In this document: positions 32,152 through 43,915 of the stretch, in pieces
How the letters are laid out: each line of letters opens with the position of its first letter
How positions within the stretch are numbered: the first letter of the stretch is position 1
The notes under the pieces: generated by a model
What the model saw: only the letters and a program-made list of their open reading frames with translations
What the model was told of the DNA's origin: nothing
The model's database searches: none
Translations under genes and position numbers: made by a program
Assembly (NCBI GenBank): GCA_965240325.2
Contig: OZ251225.1
Coordinates: 3,162,001-3,226,000, forward strand
DNA from: Rebecca billardiae RCC1528
Taxonomy: Eukaryota; Protista; Haptophyta
Length of the DNA: 64,000 nt
Direction: 5' to 3'

Positions 32152-33143
32152 CGTTGCGGCAGCGGCGGAACCTGAGCCGGTGAAGTGTGATGATGAGCGG
32201 TGAACCCGGCTTACTTTTTTTAAGCCAATTTGCACGCTGATGTCTGACGAAGCAATTCTCCTCCGCCCGGACTACCGTAATTCTATGATTTCTTTAAATA
32301 ATTGAAAAAAACTTGGTTCAGGCGTGCGGTCAACGTGCGTTACGTGCGGTGACGCCACCCGGAACACTCACAGTCACACTGCACAAAGACACCGCCACAA
32401 AACAGCAGACCAGCGGCAGCAGGTGAATGAAGGTGTGATGGAGGGTAGCTGGGTGCTCAGATCAGTCATCAGATCGTCAGCTACTGTGTCAGCGGGAGTA
32501 CTCATTCTATGAGTTAAGGACACAGGTAGGACGACGCGGGTCTCCTGATTCGTCGGCGGCAGTGCCCGATCGTCGACACGAAGTCAGCGTTGTTCGTCGG
32601 CGTTGGCGGTGGCAGAGCATAGCCTGCACCGCGATCGGATTGCTAGCGTGCTCTCGCGTCCGATGTCATGGGTTCAAACCAGCCGTTCACCAGGTCTCTC
32701 TTCCGATGCTAAGTCTCTTCGGAGAGCGTGCGGTGAATGATGGCGCGGCAACCTGCCACCGTGAGCCTACGCACAGTTAAAACAAATAAACTGTAGCTAG
32801 TGGCACCTCATCGAGGCTGCGGCCATTGCAGGTTTAAAACAGCAGCACGAACAGTTTACGACTATTCTATTTAACGTGCACAAGTACTTGGTTCAGGCGT
32901 GATTGACGCCATCCAACACTGCACAAAGACACCGTACGTCGTAGTAATAAATTACCCTTTTAAAATAATAATGGCGGGCTCCGGGTGATGGCACGGACAG
33001 CTGACCGGCTGACGGCCGAAGCCTGCTCCGTAGCCCTACCCGCTACCGCCTGGCCAGCCCCCAACGTCAGGCGGCGACAAGTGACCGCCTAGTCCGCATA
33101 ACTGCACGTCCATGACATCATCATTGTCAATACATTGTCATAA

Positions 33144-35776
33144 CACAGTGCCGGAAAACTGCTCAGGGTGACGTTTTAAGTTGTCCGCACCACTAGTCGA
33201 ATCATCGGACAATTCTGAAGCGGTGCGCATAAATTCGGCGCACCATAGGCGCGTCGAATCGTGGCACAGACCTTGGTAGCAGGCCACACCTGAGCGCGCT
33301 GCGCGCGCCGACGCGCGCTCGGCGCGGGCAAAAAATCATGCGCCGTTGGCATTACGCAGCCCCGCGCAGCGCTGTGCTCGAGCTCGGCGGCGGCGAAAGC
33401 GGGCGGGCGCACACGGCGGTGCCCGTGCGCGCTGCTCCGAGCGCAGCTGCGGCCACCCCGGCGGCATACCGCCGGTCGAGGGCACGAAAACCGATTTTTC
33501 GGGAAAATGCAGAGCAGCGGCGCCCGAGCGCGCCCGAGCTCGTCGCAGCACAGTCTCCTGGTGGCTGCGCCCCGTGAAGCCACGCCACGCGGGGCGCTGG
33601 CGTGCGCGTGGCCTGCGCCCACCGTGCGCTGCCCGATCATGGCCGTCGACCGCTCCGAGCGCCTCACCACGCGTGCTCGAGCCCACCGATACTGACGCCC
33701 GAGCACGGTGCCGGCAGCGCTCGCAGGTGGGCGTCGGAGAAAACACGCCGGCCGAACGAGCTTGAAGCGTCCGCCGCGATGCCAACGGCAGCGGACGACG
33801 TGCGCGCCACCTCGGCGCCAGTCGCCCAGCCCTTGCGCGGCGGTGCGGGCTCGCTCGTTCGCCGCCATCAGCTGCGCGCGCGCAGCCCGATCACTGCCCG
33901 CTGGTTCTGTTGTCGAGCAGCTGCGGCCTGCCACGCGCACTGCCGGACATTGAGCCACAGCGCGAGCACGCGCCTCGTCTGGCACGCGCGAGCACTCAGC
34001 ATCGTGCGTGGCCACCATGACGCGCCCATCTGCGCCAGCAGCGATGAGCACGCCGCCGTTCAGCTCGCATCGGGCTCGCTCGCGACGCAGCAACGCGCGG
34101 CCGTAGCGGCAGCAGCGGCGCCGTCGAGCACGCGCAGCAAACAAATATGCAGCGCGGGCGAGTCGACGGTCTGGAAAATGCGCGATCACGCCACAGCAGG
34201 CTGGCAGAGCCCGCCCGAGCTGCAGCATGCCGTAGGTGCTGCCCCAAGCTCTCGACTGCCCGTAAGCGGCGGCATGTGCGGCGGCGCCGGCGGCGGCCAT
34301 GCTGCCACGCCGTTGCGCGCCGCGGGGCGCCGTCGGCACCTCCGTGGTGAAGCGCACAGAGCTCGAGCCCACGGGGGCTGGCGACCGTCAAACCGACACC
34401 CCATGACGCGGGGCTGCGTGCGCCAGCTGCGCGCACTCCGTGGGCCCACCTAGCCCGCTCGAGCAGCTCGCCTTGGGTGCGCGCAGCGGCTCGAGCACAC
34501 TGGTATGGGACGCCTGCCTGCGGTGCCGCCGAGCACATGCGGCCGACGGTCACTCAGCACGGGCGACTCGACGGCGGCGAGCAGGCGCGACGGCCTCGCC
34601 GCGCCGCGGAAAAGCCTGCCCGGGCTGCAGCACGCCGTAGGAGCAGCCCAGCGCCCTCCTCCGCCCTCCAGCTTCGGCGCGCGCAGCAGGCCCGGCGGCG
34701 GCCATGCTGGCGTGCCCAAGCATGAAGATGGGCGCGGCCGGCCGCGCCGTCGCAAAGCGCGCAGAACTCGAGCTCGGGGGGGCGGACGGCCGCCAAACTG
34801 GCGCGGCAGGACGTGGCACTGCGTGCGCCAGCTGCGCGCACCCGCTGCGCCCGCGTGGCCCGTGCGAGCGCCGCGCCTCGAGCACACGCAGCTGCTCGAC
34901 ACAGCCACGGCAGTGTGGCTTGTGCGCGTGCACGTGATCAGTCTCAGCTCTGAGGCGCGCGCTCAGGAGGGCTGCGGCCGGGCCGAGCGCGATCTGCGCG
35001 GACGGTACAGCCTGGCGGCTCATGCCAGCCAGCCCAAAGCCCGCTCCGCCATCCGCGTCATGGCGCTCCAGCCTCTCGCGTGCTGCGCTGCAGCCGCGCT
35101 CGGCAAAGACGTCGCCCAGCCCGCCTTGCACGCGGCTGAGCAGTGGCAGCCAGGCGAAGCGTCGTCGCGGGCGAGGCTGCGCTGGGTGATGCGGCTCGGG
35201 TCGGTGGGCAAGTCGCACCCCGCCGTCGGTCGCCTCCACGCCTCAGGCTCGCTCGAGGTCAAAGACAACTGCGCGGCGCGGCGTTTGCGCGGGCGGGCCG
35301 CGGGCGTGGCGGGGTGTACGCGTGCAATGTCACAGCCTCCCACACAATTTCAGGAGGGTGAGACGCACCGCCAGCGGCACCCGCACACAATCCCACCCTG
35401 CGCGAGCCACCTGCCGTGTCGACTGAAGCATCAGGCTCGGGCGCAACCGCGGGCGGCGCATGCAAGAAGCTCGCGAAACGCACCGCGCGCGCCGTGAGGG
35501 CGAAAGGAGAGCACCCGTCAGGGCGGCGAGGAACTTGCCCAGCGCCACGCGGAAGACGACCCCAGCCCGCGTCGACGCATAGTCGGGCCCGCGAGCAGCC
35601 TCGTCGGTCTTCGCCGAGTAGATCGCGCCGCGAGCCGAGGCACCGCTCGTTTGAGGCTCCGTCCGCCGCGAAGTCGCGGCTTCCACCCGAGTTCCACTGT
35701 CCGGCCGAGACCGGATTCGCTGACTCGAGCTGCGGACCGTCCGAAGCGTCACGGAAAATTCCAATCCTGCACTGTG
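33144..35776. mobile_element. Possible degenerate element with CACAGTG...CACTGTG termini and an internal diverged duplication
   Basis: Imperfect 30-bp inverted ends (CACAGTGC.GGA...GTGACG) bound a GC-rich block without a clean gene. 34210-34440 and 34615-34845 are diverged direct copies. Confidence 0.3.
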
Positions 35777-35826
35777 AATGATCTAGATATTTGGATCATT
35801 GCCTGAAGCTACACTTTACGTTTACA

Positions 35827-36603
<777 letters not shown>

Positions 36604-36992
36604 GTGACTCGTGACTAGTGAGACTCGTCGTCTCTCAACTGTCTCAAGTCTGCTCAGACTCTCTCTCTCGTCTGTACTCTATCTCTAAGCTAGCCGCGCT
36701 CTCTGGGCTCTCTGCTATAGTCTCTCAGATTAGACAGCAGACTTACTCCCGTACTCGCGATCTCTCAAGGCTGTCTCGGATTCCGTGACCGTCTGCTCTC
36801 TCGACTCTCTGATGATCATGATGCCGATGAGTGAGGACTGAGGAGTGATGCGACTGCGAGGACAGAGTCAGAGACCGCCGCGAACAATCATCAATGTATA
36901 CACGGCGCAAGCTAGCTTATCTTATATATGTGTAGTAGCAGCCTAGCTTTCTGGTCAATGCAGACAACTTTGTCAGTCGACATACGCCGGGC

Positions 36993-39549
36993 TCATAGTA
37001 TACTGCGCCTTGTAGACTTGTGGTGGTGGCCGTGCGCCTGCGTGTCTACTTCTGCAGGCGAGAAGGCTGCGTTCCACGTCGGGTTACCTGCACGCGTGCG
37101 GACGAGGAGGGAGTCGCGGGTGAATACAGTGCGGAGTGGCGTTGGCGCGAGCAGGCGTCACCACTGCCCGCCCACGTAGCCATGCGCGCGCGCGGCGTGC
37201 ACGTACCCTTGAGCGGCCCGTGGTTGCCGGCTGGAGTCGCGTCCCACACGGTGCCGCCCGGCCCCTCGTTCAGCCGCCAGTAGCCGACCAGCCCCGGCTC
37301 GCTGCCGTTGAAGTGCTGCGGCACGAGTGCGTCGCGCGCGTGTCACATCGGCGCGCAGCGTGTGAGCACTCGCCACGGTGCCCCACGCGCGGGTGGGCGC
37401 AGCGCGTCAGACCCCGGCCCGACTCCGGCCCGCCCCCACGCGCGCGTGCGCGCACCTTCTTCATGTCCTCGCGGATGGTCTCCTGCGTGCGCACAGAGTT
37501 CCACACGCGCACTTCGGTGATCACGCCCTGGAAGAGGCCCATCGCGTCGCCCGTCTTGGACGCGATGAAGAAGCGGTCGAGCGAGGTGTTGAGCGGGCTG
37601 GTCAGCGGCATCTGCGGCACGTCGTCGTCCCAGCCGTCGATGTAGATCCCAAGGTCGCCGTCCGTCGCGGCGGTCGCCGCGACGTGCGTCCACTTGCCCG
37701 CCTTGATGAGCGTGTTCGACTCGGCCACCATCCGCTCGCCCGACTCGAGGTGGGTGACGTGCTGCAGCTTGCCGCGCTCGTTGAGTCGCAGCTGGTGCGA
37801 CCACACTGAGGTCGGGTACGACTCGTTCGAGCGCGCGATGATGTTCATCGGCACGTTCGCCTTCGCCGGGTAGATCCACGCCTCGATCGTGTACGCGCTG
37901 GGCAGCAGCGACGGCGGGTGCGGCACCATGACCTCGTCGTCCACGCCGTCGAACTCGAGCTGGAAGCCGCCCAGGTTGTACTGCAGCACGTCGTCGCACG
38001 CCAGCCCGTTCTCGATGCCGCCGAGGACGAGGACGCGGCCCTCGACCATGTGCAGCATCGGGCCGGCGCGCGCCGACGTCGCCTCCCACATCTCCCAACG
38101 CAGCGTCGACGTGTTCAGCAGCGCGAGCGTGTTCGACTCGCCGACCGAGTCGTAGCCGCCAAAGACGACGAGCGACTCGTTGAAGACAGAGCACGCGTGC
38201 ATCCAGCGCTCGCGCGGCACCTCGCCGGTGGGCACCTTGATGCTCCAGATGCCGCCGCCGCCGAAGGCGCTGGTGTCGAAGACGACGAGGTCGGAGAGCA
38301 CCGTCTCCATCCCGTCGACGTCCGCCCCGCGCCCGCCGTACACGTAGAGCTTCTCGCCGATCGTGACCATCGTGTGCCCCATGCGCGGCTTGGGCATCGG
38401 CGAGGCCGCGCTGATGTCCGCGGGCTCCCACGAGGGCACCGGCGCGTTGGTCTTGAGCTGGAAGAGCTCGTTGGTGACGCTGGTGCCGTTCCACCCGCCG
38501 AAGAGGTACAACGTGTTCCCCACCGCGCTCGCCGCCGCGAACGAGCGCGGGCCCGGGTGCATCCCGCCCGCGTCCAGCGGGCGCCACTCGCGCGTCGTGA
38601 TGTCGAGCGACCACAGCGTCGAGAGCGGCGCGGCCGACGGCTCGAAGCCGCCGCCCTCCTCGCCGCCGTACAGCAGCAGCCGCGTGCCGAGGATCGCGCT
38701 CGCCGCGGCGAAGAAGGGCGGCGGCGACACCGCGTCCGCCAGGGCCGCGTCCGACCACTTCATCCGGTCGGTGTGCAGCACGCGCAGGCTGTTGGTCGGC
38801 CGCTCGCCGCCCGCAGTGCCGCCAATCACCAGGATGTTCGAGCCGACCGCGAGGCTCACGGCGCATGCGACGGGCAGCGGCGGCTGGCCCGAGAGCGCGG
38901 GCGTGTTCCATTTGAGCCGCATGATCTCCAGCGGCCGCGTCGCGATCGTCTCGAACGGCGAGCCGTCGATGTGCAGCCCCTCGAGGTCAATGTGCATGGT
39001 GTAGCGGCCGGGCGAGAGGCACGAGTAGCTCACCAGGTACGAGCCGTCGCCGAGGTCGCGGATGGTGGCGTCGACGACGCCCGGGCCCTCGCCCCGCAGC
39101 GTGAAGTGGTCGCCCCCGTTCCGCGTCAGGTTGCCGTACGTGTCGCGCGCGATCACGAACAGGTTCGTGCGCTGCCCCGAAATGTTGTGCATGATGCCGC
39201 CGCCAGAGATTGTGCACTTGGCCGCGCTCGCGCCCTGCGAGACGAGGAAGGCCGAGGTACCAAGCGCCATGTGGGCGCCCTTCGGGCCGGCAGCAATCTT
39301 GTCGTCCTCCTGCACCCTGACGTACACGTCCGACATGTCCTCAAGCACACGGTTGATGATCTTGTTTGAAGGCAGCGTCTGGCCGTCGGCCGTGGAGAGG
39401 CCTGTCGCGACGTGCTTGTGCGACTGAACGCCGCCGATGTCCGTCTCGTACCGATGCAGAGAGGTCATCGCCAGCCATTTGATGCGCTGTTGACCCTCGC
39501 CACACTCCACGGTGAGCACCTGCTCGCGCACATGCACGCGTACCCGCAT
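36993..39549 (-). CDS. Multidomain protein: Par3/HAL-N-like + filamin Ig + Kelch propeller + LamG; introns 37316-37455 and 37088-37206
   Basis: N-terminal RVHVREQVLTVECGEGQQRIKWLA..RY; filamin ARDTYGN..GGDHF..DLGDGSYLVSY..PGRY..HIDGSPF; Kelch GG..W repeats; LamG YTIEAWI..WTHVAAT..FQGVITEVRVWN..GLVGYWRLNEG. Confidence 0.85.
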
Positions 39550-39805
39550 CGTCGGGCGACCAACGACGGTAGCGGAGGAGCGAGTTGAAACGCCGCCGCC
39601 ACCTTGCCGGAAACGGTGTCGAGCTTCTTAATTTTTCGGCCCGACGAATTGTTTTCTGTTGACGCAATTCCGCCGCCGCCGCGCATTTTTCGCCTCGCCA
39701 TGTTCTCCGTTCGTCCGAGCCCCCGGGCGGCGGGGCCGGGCGCGCGCGACCCGCCGCAGCCGCGCCGGCCTCCGTGGTGCGCTAGTAAAGGGTGATCCAC
39801 GGTGG

Positions 39806-40681
39806 TTACAATGAATGGGCGTCCACGCGGACACCATCGTCGCTATCGTCGGCATCCTCCAGCTCCTGCGCGCTGTCTCCCAGTCGCTGCAGGACGAAGA
39901 GTGTGCCGCGGCCGCCGCGCGCAACACGGAAGCGGCCGTCGCTGAAGGTCGAGGTGATCGTCCCACGTGGCCGCGGAAGGGGCACGGTGAGCGAAGCTCC
40001 AATGAATGGTGCGTCAATCTGCGACTCAGTGAACGTGATGACGAACGCGCAGCCGTCGTCGTCGGACGCCGCACCTGTGTCCGGCTCGACCAGCCCACGC
40101 ACTCGGAGCCGTACCGTGGCGCCGTTGCTCCTGCGCTCGGCCCCGGGGAGCGGGATGGAGACGTAGTTGTCGACGACGCCGCGTGCGACGTCCACTCGCT
40201 GCTCGTTCGATGCGCTGAGAAACGATGCATCCTGCCCTCCAGCGAGGGCTGGCGCGAACTTGAAGAAGACCTTGTACGCCGCCGCAATCGCTTCTTGGAG
40301 TGGGTCGGCAGCGGATGCGCGCATTGAGCTGCCCAGCGGGGGCGCATTCGTCGAGTAGATCAAAGACCAGCGGCCGTCGATCTTGTCGCGGGCGGATGGG
40401 ATCGCTTCGAGCGCGGCCAGCTTCCTCAGAAGCTCCGCCTTGCCCTCCTCGTAGTCGATCGGCGAGAGCCGCCTCAGACGCGCAATGGCCTCGAGCAGCT
40501 CCTTCTTCGCACTCTCTGCAGACGGCGCCCGGCTAGGGGCACACGCGGCGATCTGCGGGCGCTGGCGGAAGGTCTGCCGATGCTCGATCGGGTGGCGGCA
40601 CAATGCTCGCGACGAGGCTGCCACCTCACACGCGATCACCACAAGGAGCGCCACGCGAGCCGTGGTCGGCCCGCCCGCCAT
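39806..40681 (-). CDS. Plastid lipid-associated protein/fibrillin (PAP_fibrillin)
   Basis: AKKELLEAI..LEA..IDGRWSLIYSTN...TTFSD..RVARGGRGTLFVLQR, with a bipartite signal + transit N-terminus. Confidence 0.85.
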   Translation of the reverse strand: MAGGPTTARVALLVVIACEVAASSRALCRHPIEHRQTFRQRPQIAACAPSRAPSAESAKKELLEAIARLRRLSPIDYEEGKAELLRKLAALEAIPSARDKIDGRWSLIYSTNAPPLGSSMRASAADPLQEAIAAAYKVFFKFAPALAGGQDASFLSASNEQRVDVARGVVDNYVSIPLPGAERRSNGATVRLRVRGLVEPDTGAASDDDGCAFVITFTESQIDAPFIGASLTVPLPRPRGTITSTFSDGRFRVARGGRGTLFVLQRLGDSAQELEDADDSDDGVRVDAHSL

Positions 40682-40810
40682 TGGGCTGGCCCGGCCGGGG
40701 CGGCCCGCGGCCGGAAAATGATCCGGAGATAAAATAGCCACCGGGGAGTGACCGGACTTTTGAGGTCGGCTGGCGGCGTCACCCGCCGACGCGCCGGCCG
40801 AACAGTCGTC

Positions 40811-41533
40811 ATGATCGCTCGCTGCATCGCTCGCGGCGCGTCTGCGCATGCCGTGCGCCCGGCGGCGTTCGCGCAGCTGTCATCGCCGCTCATGACGGCG
40901 CGAGTGACGCCCTCGCACGTCCAGACGACGCTCCGCCGCGCGTACTGCGTCCCGGCTCGGCAGTCGACGTACCTGGGTGACTCTGCCGGCGTCACCGCCT
41001 ACTCGTCCCTCGCGAGCTGGTACCACTGGGGCATGGCCGCTGGCATCATGACAGTGATCGGCACCGTGAAGATCTCGCAGAACTCCACTGCCGAGCAGCG
41101 TAAGCGCTGGGGGGTGACCAAGGGCGGCCTCATGAATCTGCACAAGTCCGTCGCAGTTTTGATGGCGGTCGCCATCGTGCCGCGGCTCGCGATCCGCCTC
41201 ACGTCGATTCCGCCGCCGCTTCCAGTCGGTCCTGCGATTGAGCACGCGGCTGCGCACGCCTCGCACCTGTCCCTGTACTTCTTCATGGTCGTCATGCCTG
41301 CGAGCGGCATCGCGATGGGCTACTACTCCGGCAAGGGCGTTCCATTCTTTGGTGCGACCATCTTCAAGCCGCGCTCCGACGACAAGAAGGATGGCGCCAA
41401 GGCGAAGAAGTATTACGGGTTGCACAAGCGCATGGGCAAGCTGCTGACGATGCTCGTGCCTCTGCACATTGGCGCCACGGGCGTGCACCTCCTGAAGGAC
41501 CAGAACCTGTTCCTCCGCTTCCGCTGGTCTTGA
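40811..41533 (+). CDS. Prokaryotic-type cytochrome b561 (CybB/Ni_hydr_CYTB family) with putative mitochondrial presequence
   Basis: Four TM helices with heme His residues (YHW, LHKS, LHKRMG, LHIGA); PRL..R and HLSLY..MPASG motifs; Arg-rich acid-free N-terminus. Confidence 0.85.
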   Translation: MIARCIARGASAHAVRPAAFAQLSSPLMTARVTPSHVQTTLRRAYCVPARQSTYLGDSAGVTAYSSLASWYHWGMAAGIMTVIGTVKISQNSTAEQRKRWGVTKGGLMNLHKSVAVLMAVAIVPRLAIRLTSIPPPLPVGPAIEHAAAHASHLSLYFFMVVMPASGIAMGYYSGKGVPFFGATIFKPRSDDKKDGAKAKKYYGLHKRMGKLLTMLVPLHIGATGVHLLKDQNLFLRFRWS

Positions 41534-41979
41534 TCTGGCATCACGATGACCGTCATGACGCCGGGCGTCGGATTTCCGAGGGCGATGGCTTCTGCTAGGA
41601 TGTCGGGCCTGCCGCCCGCCGCCACGGCTGTGGCAGTGCCGTGACAGCAACAGGGAGAGTCAGGGGCTCGGAGCCCACTGCTGCCCGCCACACCATGCAG
41701 CGGACTCGGCCCTGCGCCGCTGAGCGCTGAGTGAGGCGCCGCAGAGCAGTCGGCAGAGCCACAGAGCTCAGTGAGCTCACCGAGACGGGTGATCCGCCCG
41801 GTGATCTGTCAGGCCGCCGCCGGCTCGGGGCTGTCGTCGTCGCTGTTGCGACGGCGAGATCGTGCCCGTGAACCGGATGACTATAGACGAGCGCTATATA
41901 TCTGCTAGACGATGTCGATGATGATCGAGTCGTCGAGCATGCACCGGTCCTTGACTCCTCGGTTACAAGCTCCTGCTCA

Positions 41980-43671
41980 TCATAGTCTGTAGATCCCATC
42001 GAGGAAGTGCTGCTGCCGTGGACGCGCCGTTCCGCCTGACGACGTACCAGTGAGCTCAGCCGATGACGCGCGCTCGGCATCGACCGAATCCCCGTGCCCA
42101 CGGCCCAGTCCTGACAGCTCGCGGTCCAGACTGGCGCGCAGGCTTGTTTGTTGCCGCACGAGCGAGAGCCGCGGCCCACAGTCGACGCGCACTCGATTCC
42201 CGCGGAATGCCGCCTGGATGAGCGTCGCCGCCCACGTCTCGTGCACGCGTCGCCTCGCGCGCCAGTCCGCGCGCTCGACCAGATCGAGGACTGGCCACAC
42301 CATGCTCTGGAACATCGTGGGCTTCCCGCTGCGCCGTCGGCGGCGGTGTTCATCGTGGAAGCGGCGGTAGCCTTCGCTGTGCGAGGTGGAGACGAACGCG
42401 CGGTGCATCATGTTGGCGAGCACGTTCGTCTTGTGCCGCAGCTCCTTCTCGCGCACGAGCGAGACGAGCTCGGTCTGCTCGTAGATGTACCGGAAGTACC
42501 GCTTGCGCTCGGGCAGCACGTAGATGGCGAGCAGGTCGACGGTGAGCTTGGCGGTGCGGATGATCACCAGCCCGGACGCGATGTTGAGCAGCAGCGCCTG
42601 CAGCGAGAAGAAGCCGACGCGCCCCTTCTGGTACGCGACGACGCGCACGCCCTGGCGGTGGCGCAGCAGGCGCGCGTTGTCGAAGCCCATGTACGTCACC
42701 TCGTTCACCGTGAACTCGTGGTTGGGCAGCTGGAACACCTCGATCCGGTAGCGGGGCATCCGCGCGGGCCGCAGCGTCTGGTACGTGTTCGAGTAGTCAA
42801 TCACAATCACCAGCACCACGCCGAGGTCGCGGTTGGTCACGGTGCGCGGGTCGTGGCGGCCGGCGTGCGTGAGGGCGGACCTGGCGACGTCGTCAGTGAA
42901 CACGGGCCGCTCGTCGAGCGACACGTTCGCCGCGGCGAGCAGCGCGCTGAGCGCGATCGTGCTGTGCTGGCCGCGCGGCACGTGCGCAAACACCTCGCCG
43001 CGGTGGTTCACAAACACGCCGTCCATCTCGGCGGACGAGCCGTGGAAGAAGCCGACGGACTCGGGCAGGTAGAGCGAGTGCTCGATCGTCACGTTGTACT
43101 CCTCGATCCCGACCACGTAGTTGGTGCGGCTCGCCTCGGTGTGCCAGAGCTTGGAGTCGCACCGCTTGGCGCCCGGCGGGTACATCCTCATCTGCCGCTT
43201 CTCGGTGAGCCGAGTCGTGGCGAACATGGCGCCCTCCTCGTGCGGCGGGAAGACGAGGTCGTGGTCATCCATAAAGATGCACCCGATCCCAAGGTCGACG
43301 GGGTCGCCGTCGGAGTCCACCTCGTCCAGATGCCCGGTGATGTTGCTCGAGTATGTCGCCTTGACGGCGGCCGAGTTGTCGTGCGGGCAGTACTTGTAGT
43401 CGTCTGTCGAGAGCAGGTTGGAGGCGTGGCCGACGAGATCGATGCGGACGGAGCCGATGATCGGCGTGAACTGCATGTACCCCTGGTCCGCGAAGATGGA
43501 GTACGCCAGGTACAAGATGCACAGGAAGCATGCAGAATAGAAGATCAGACCCAGCCGGAAATCGCGCACCACGACCATCTTGGCCGTGTAATACGCGAAC
43601 AGCCCGTCAACCGACTGGTTGCTCAGGCCCGCCGCAGCGCCGAGCCTGCCGATCGTCGCTCGCATCCCCAT
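41980..43671 (-). CDS. P2X receptor-like cation channel with C-terminal IQ motif
   Basis: FAYYTAKMVVVRDFRLG (YxTxK), TM1, GSVR, GVVLVIVIDYSN, RLLRHRQGVRV..G.VG.FS, TM2 with conserved D (TVDLL); IQAAFRGNRVR. Confidence 0.88.
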   Translation of the reverse strand: MGMRATIGRLGAAAGLSNQSVDGLFAYYTAKMVVVRDFRLGLIFYSACFLCILYLAYSIFADQGYMQFTPIIGSVRIDLVGHASNLLSTDDYKYCPHDNSAAVKATYSSNITGHLDEVDSDGDPVDLGIGCIFMDDHDLVFPPHEEGAMFATTRLTEKRQMRMYPPGAKRCDSKLWHTEASRTNYVVGIEEYNVTIEHSLYLPESVGFFHGSSAEMDGVFVNHRGEVFAHVPRGQHSTIALSALLAAANVSLDERPVFTDDVARSALTHAGRHDPRTVTNRDLGVVLVIVIDYSNTYQTLRPARMPRYRIEVFQLPNHEFTVNEVTYMGFDNARLLRHRQGVRVVAYQKGRVGFFSLQALLLNIASGLVIIRTAKLTVDLLAIYVLPERKRYFRYIYEQTELVSLVREKELRHKTNVLANMMHRAFVSTSHSEGYRRFHDEHRRRRRSGKPTMFQSMVWPVLDLVERADWRARRRVHETWAATLIQAAFRGNRVRVDCGPRLSLVRQQTSLRASLDRELSGLGRGHGDSVDAERASSAELTGTSSGGTARPRQQHFLDGIYRL

Positions 43672-43915
43672 CGGCAGTCCAGTCCAGCGGTGCAGCCTCC
43701 GGCGCGGGCTGGGGCCGCCAGTCCGCGGTGGCACCGCTTGCTTGAGCTGCAGTCCAGCACGACGTCGCGCGATGAACAGTTTCAAGTGCGGCGCTGACCA
43801 GAACCAGCATGGCTGCCCGCTGCCGCGGCGGCCTACTTTGGGCACAGTGGGCACTGGGCAGCGTCATCACTCCCCAGTGGCACCATACATGCGCAGCGTG
43901 CAGCCGCACGCGCAG

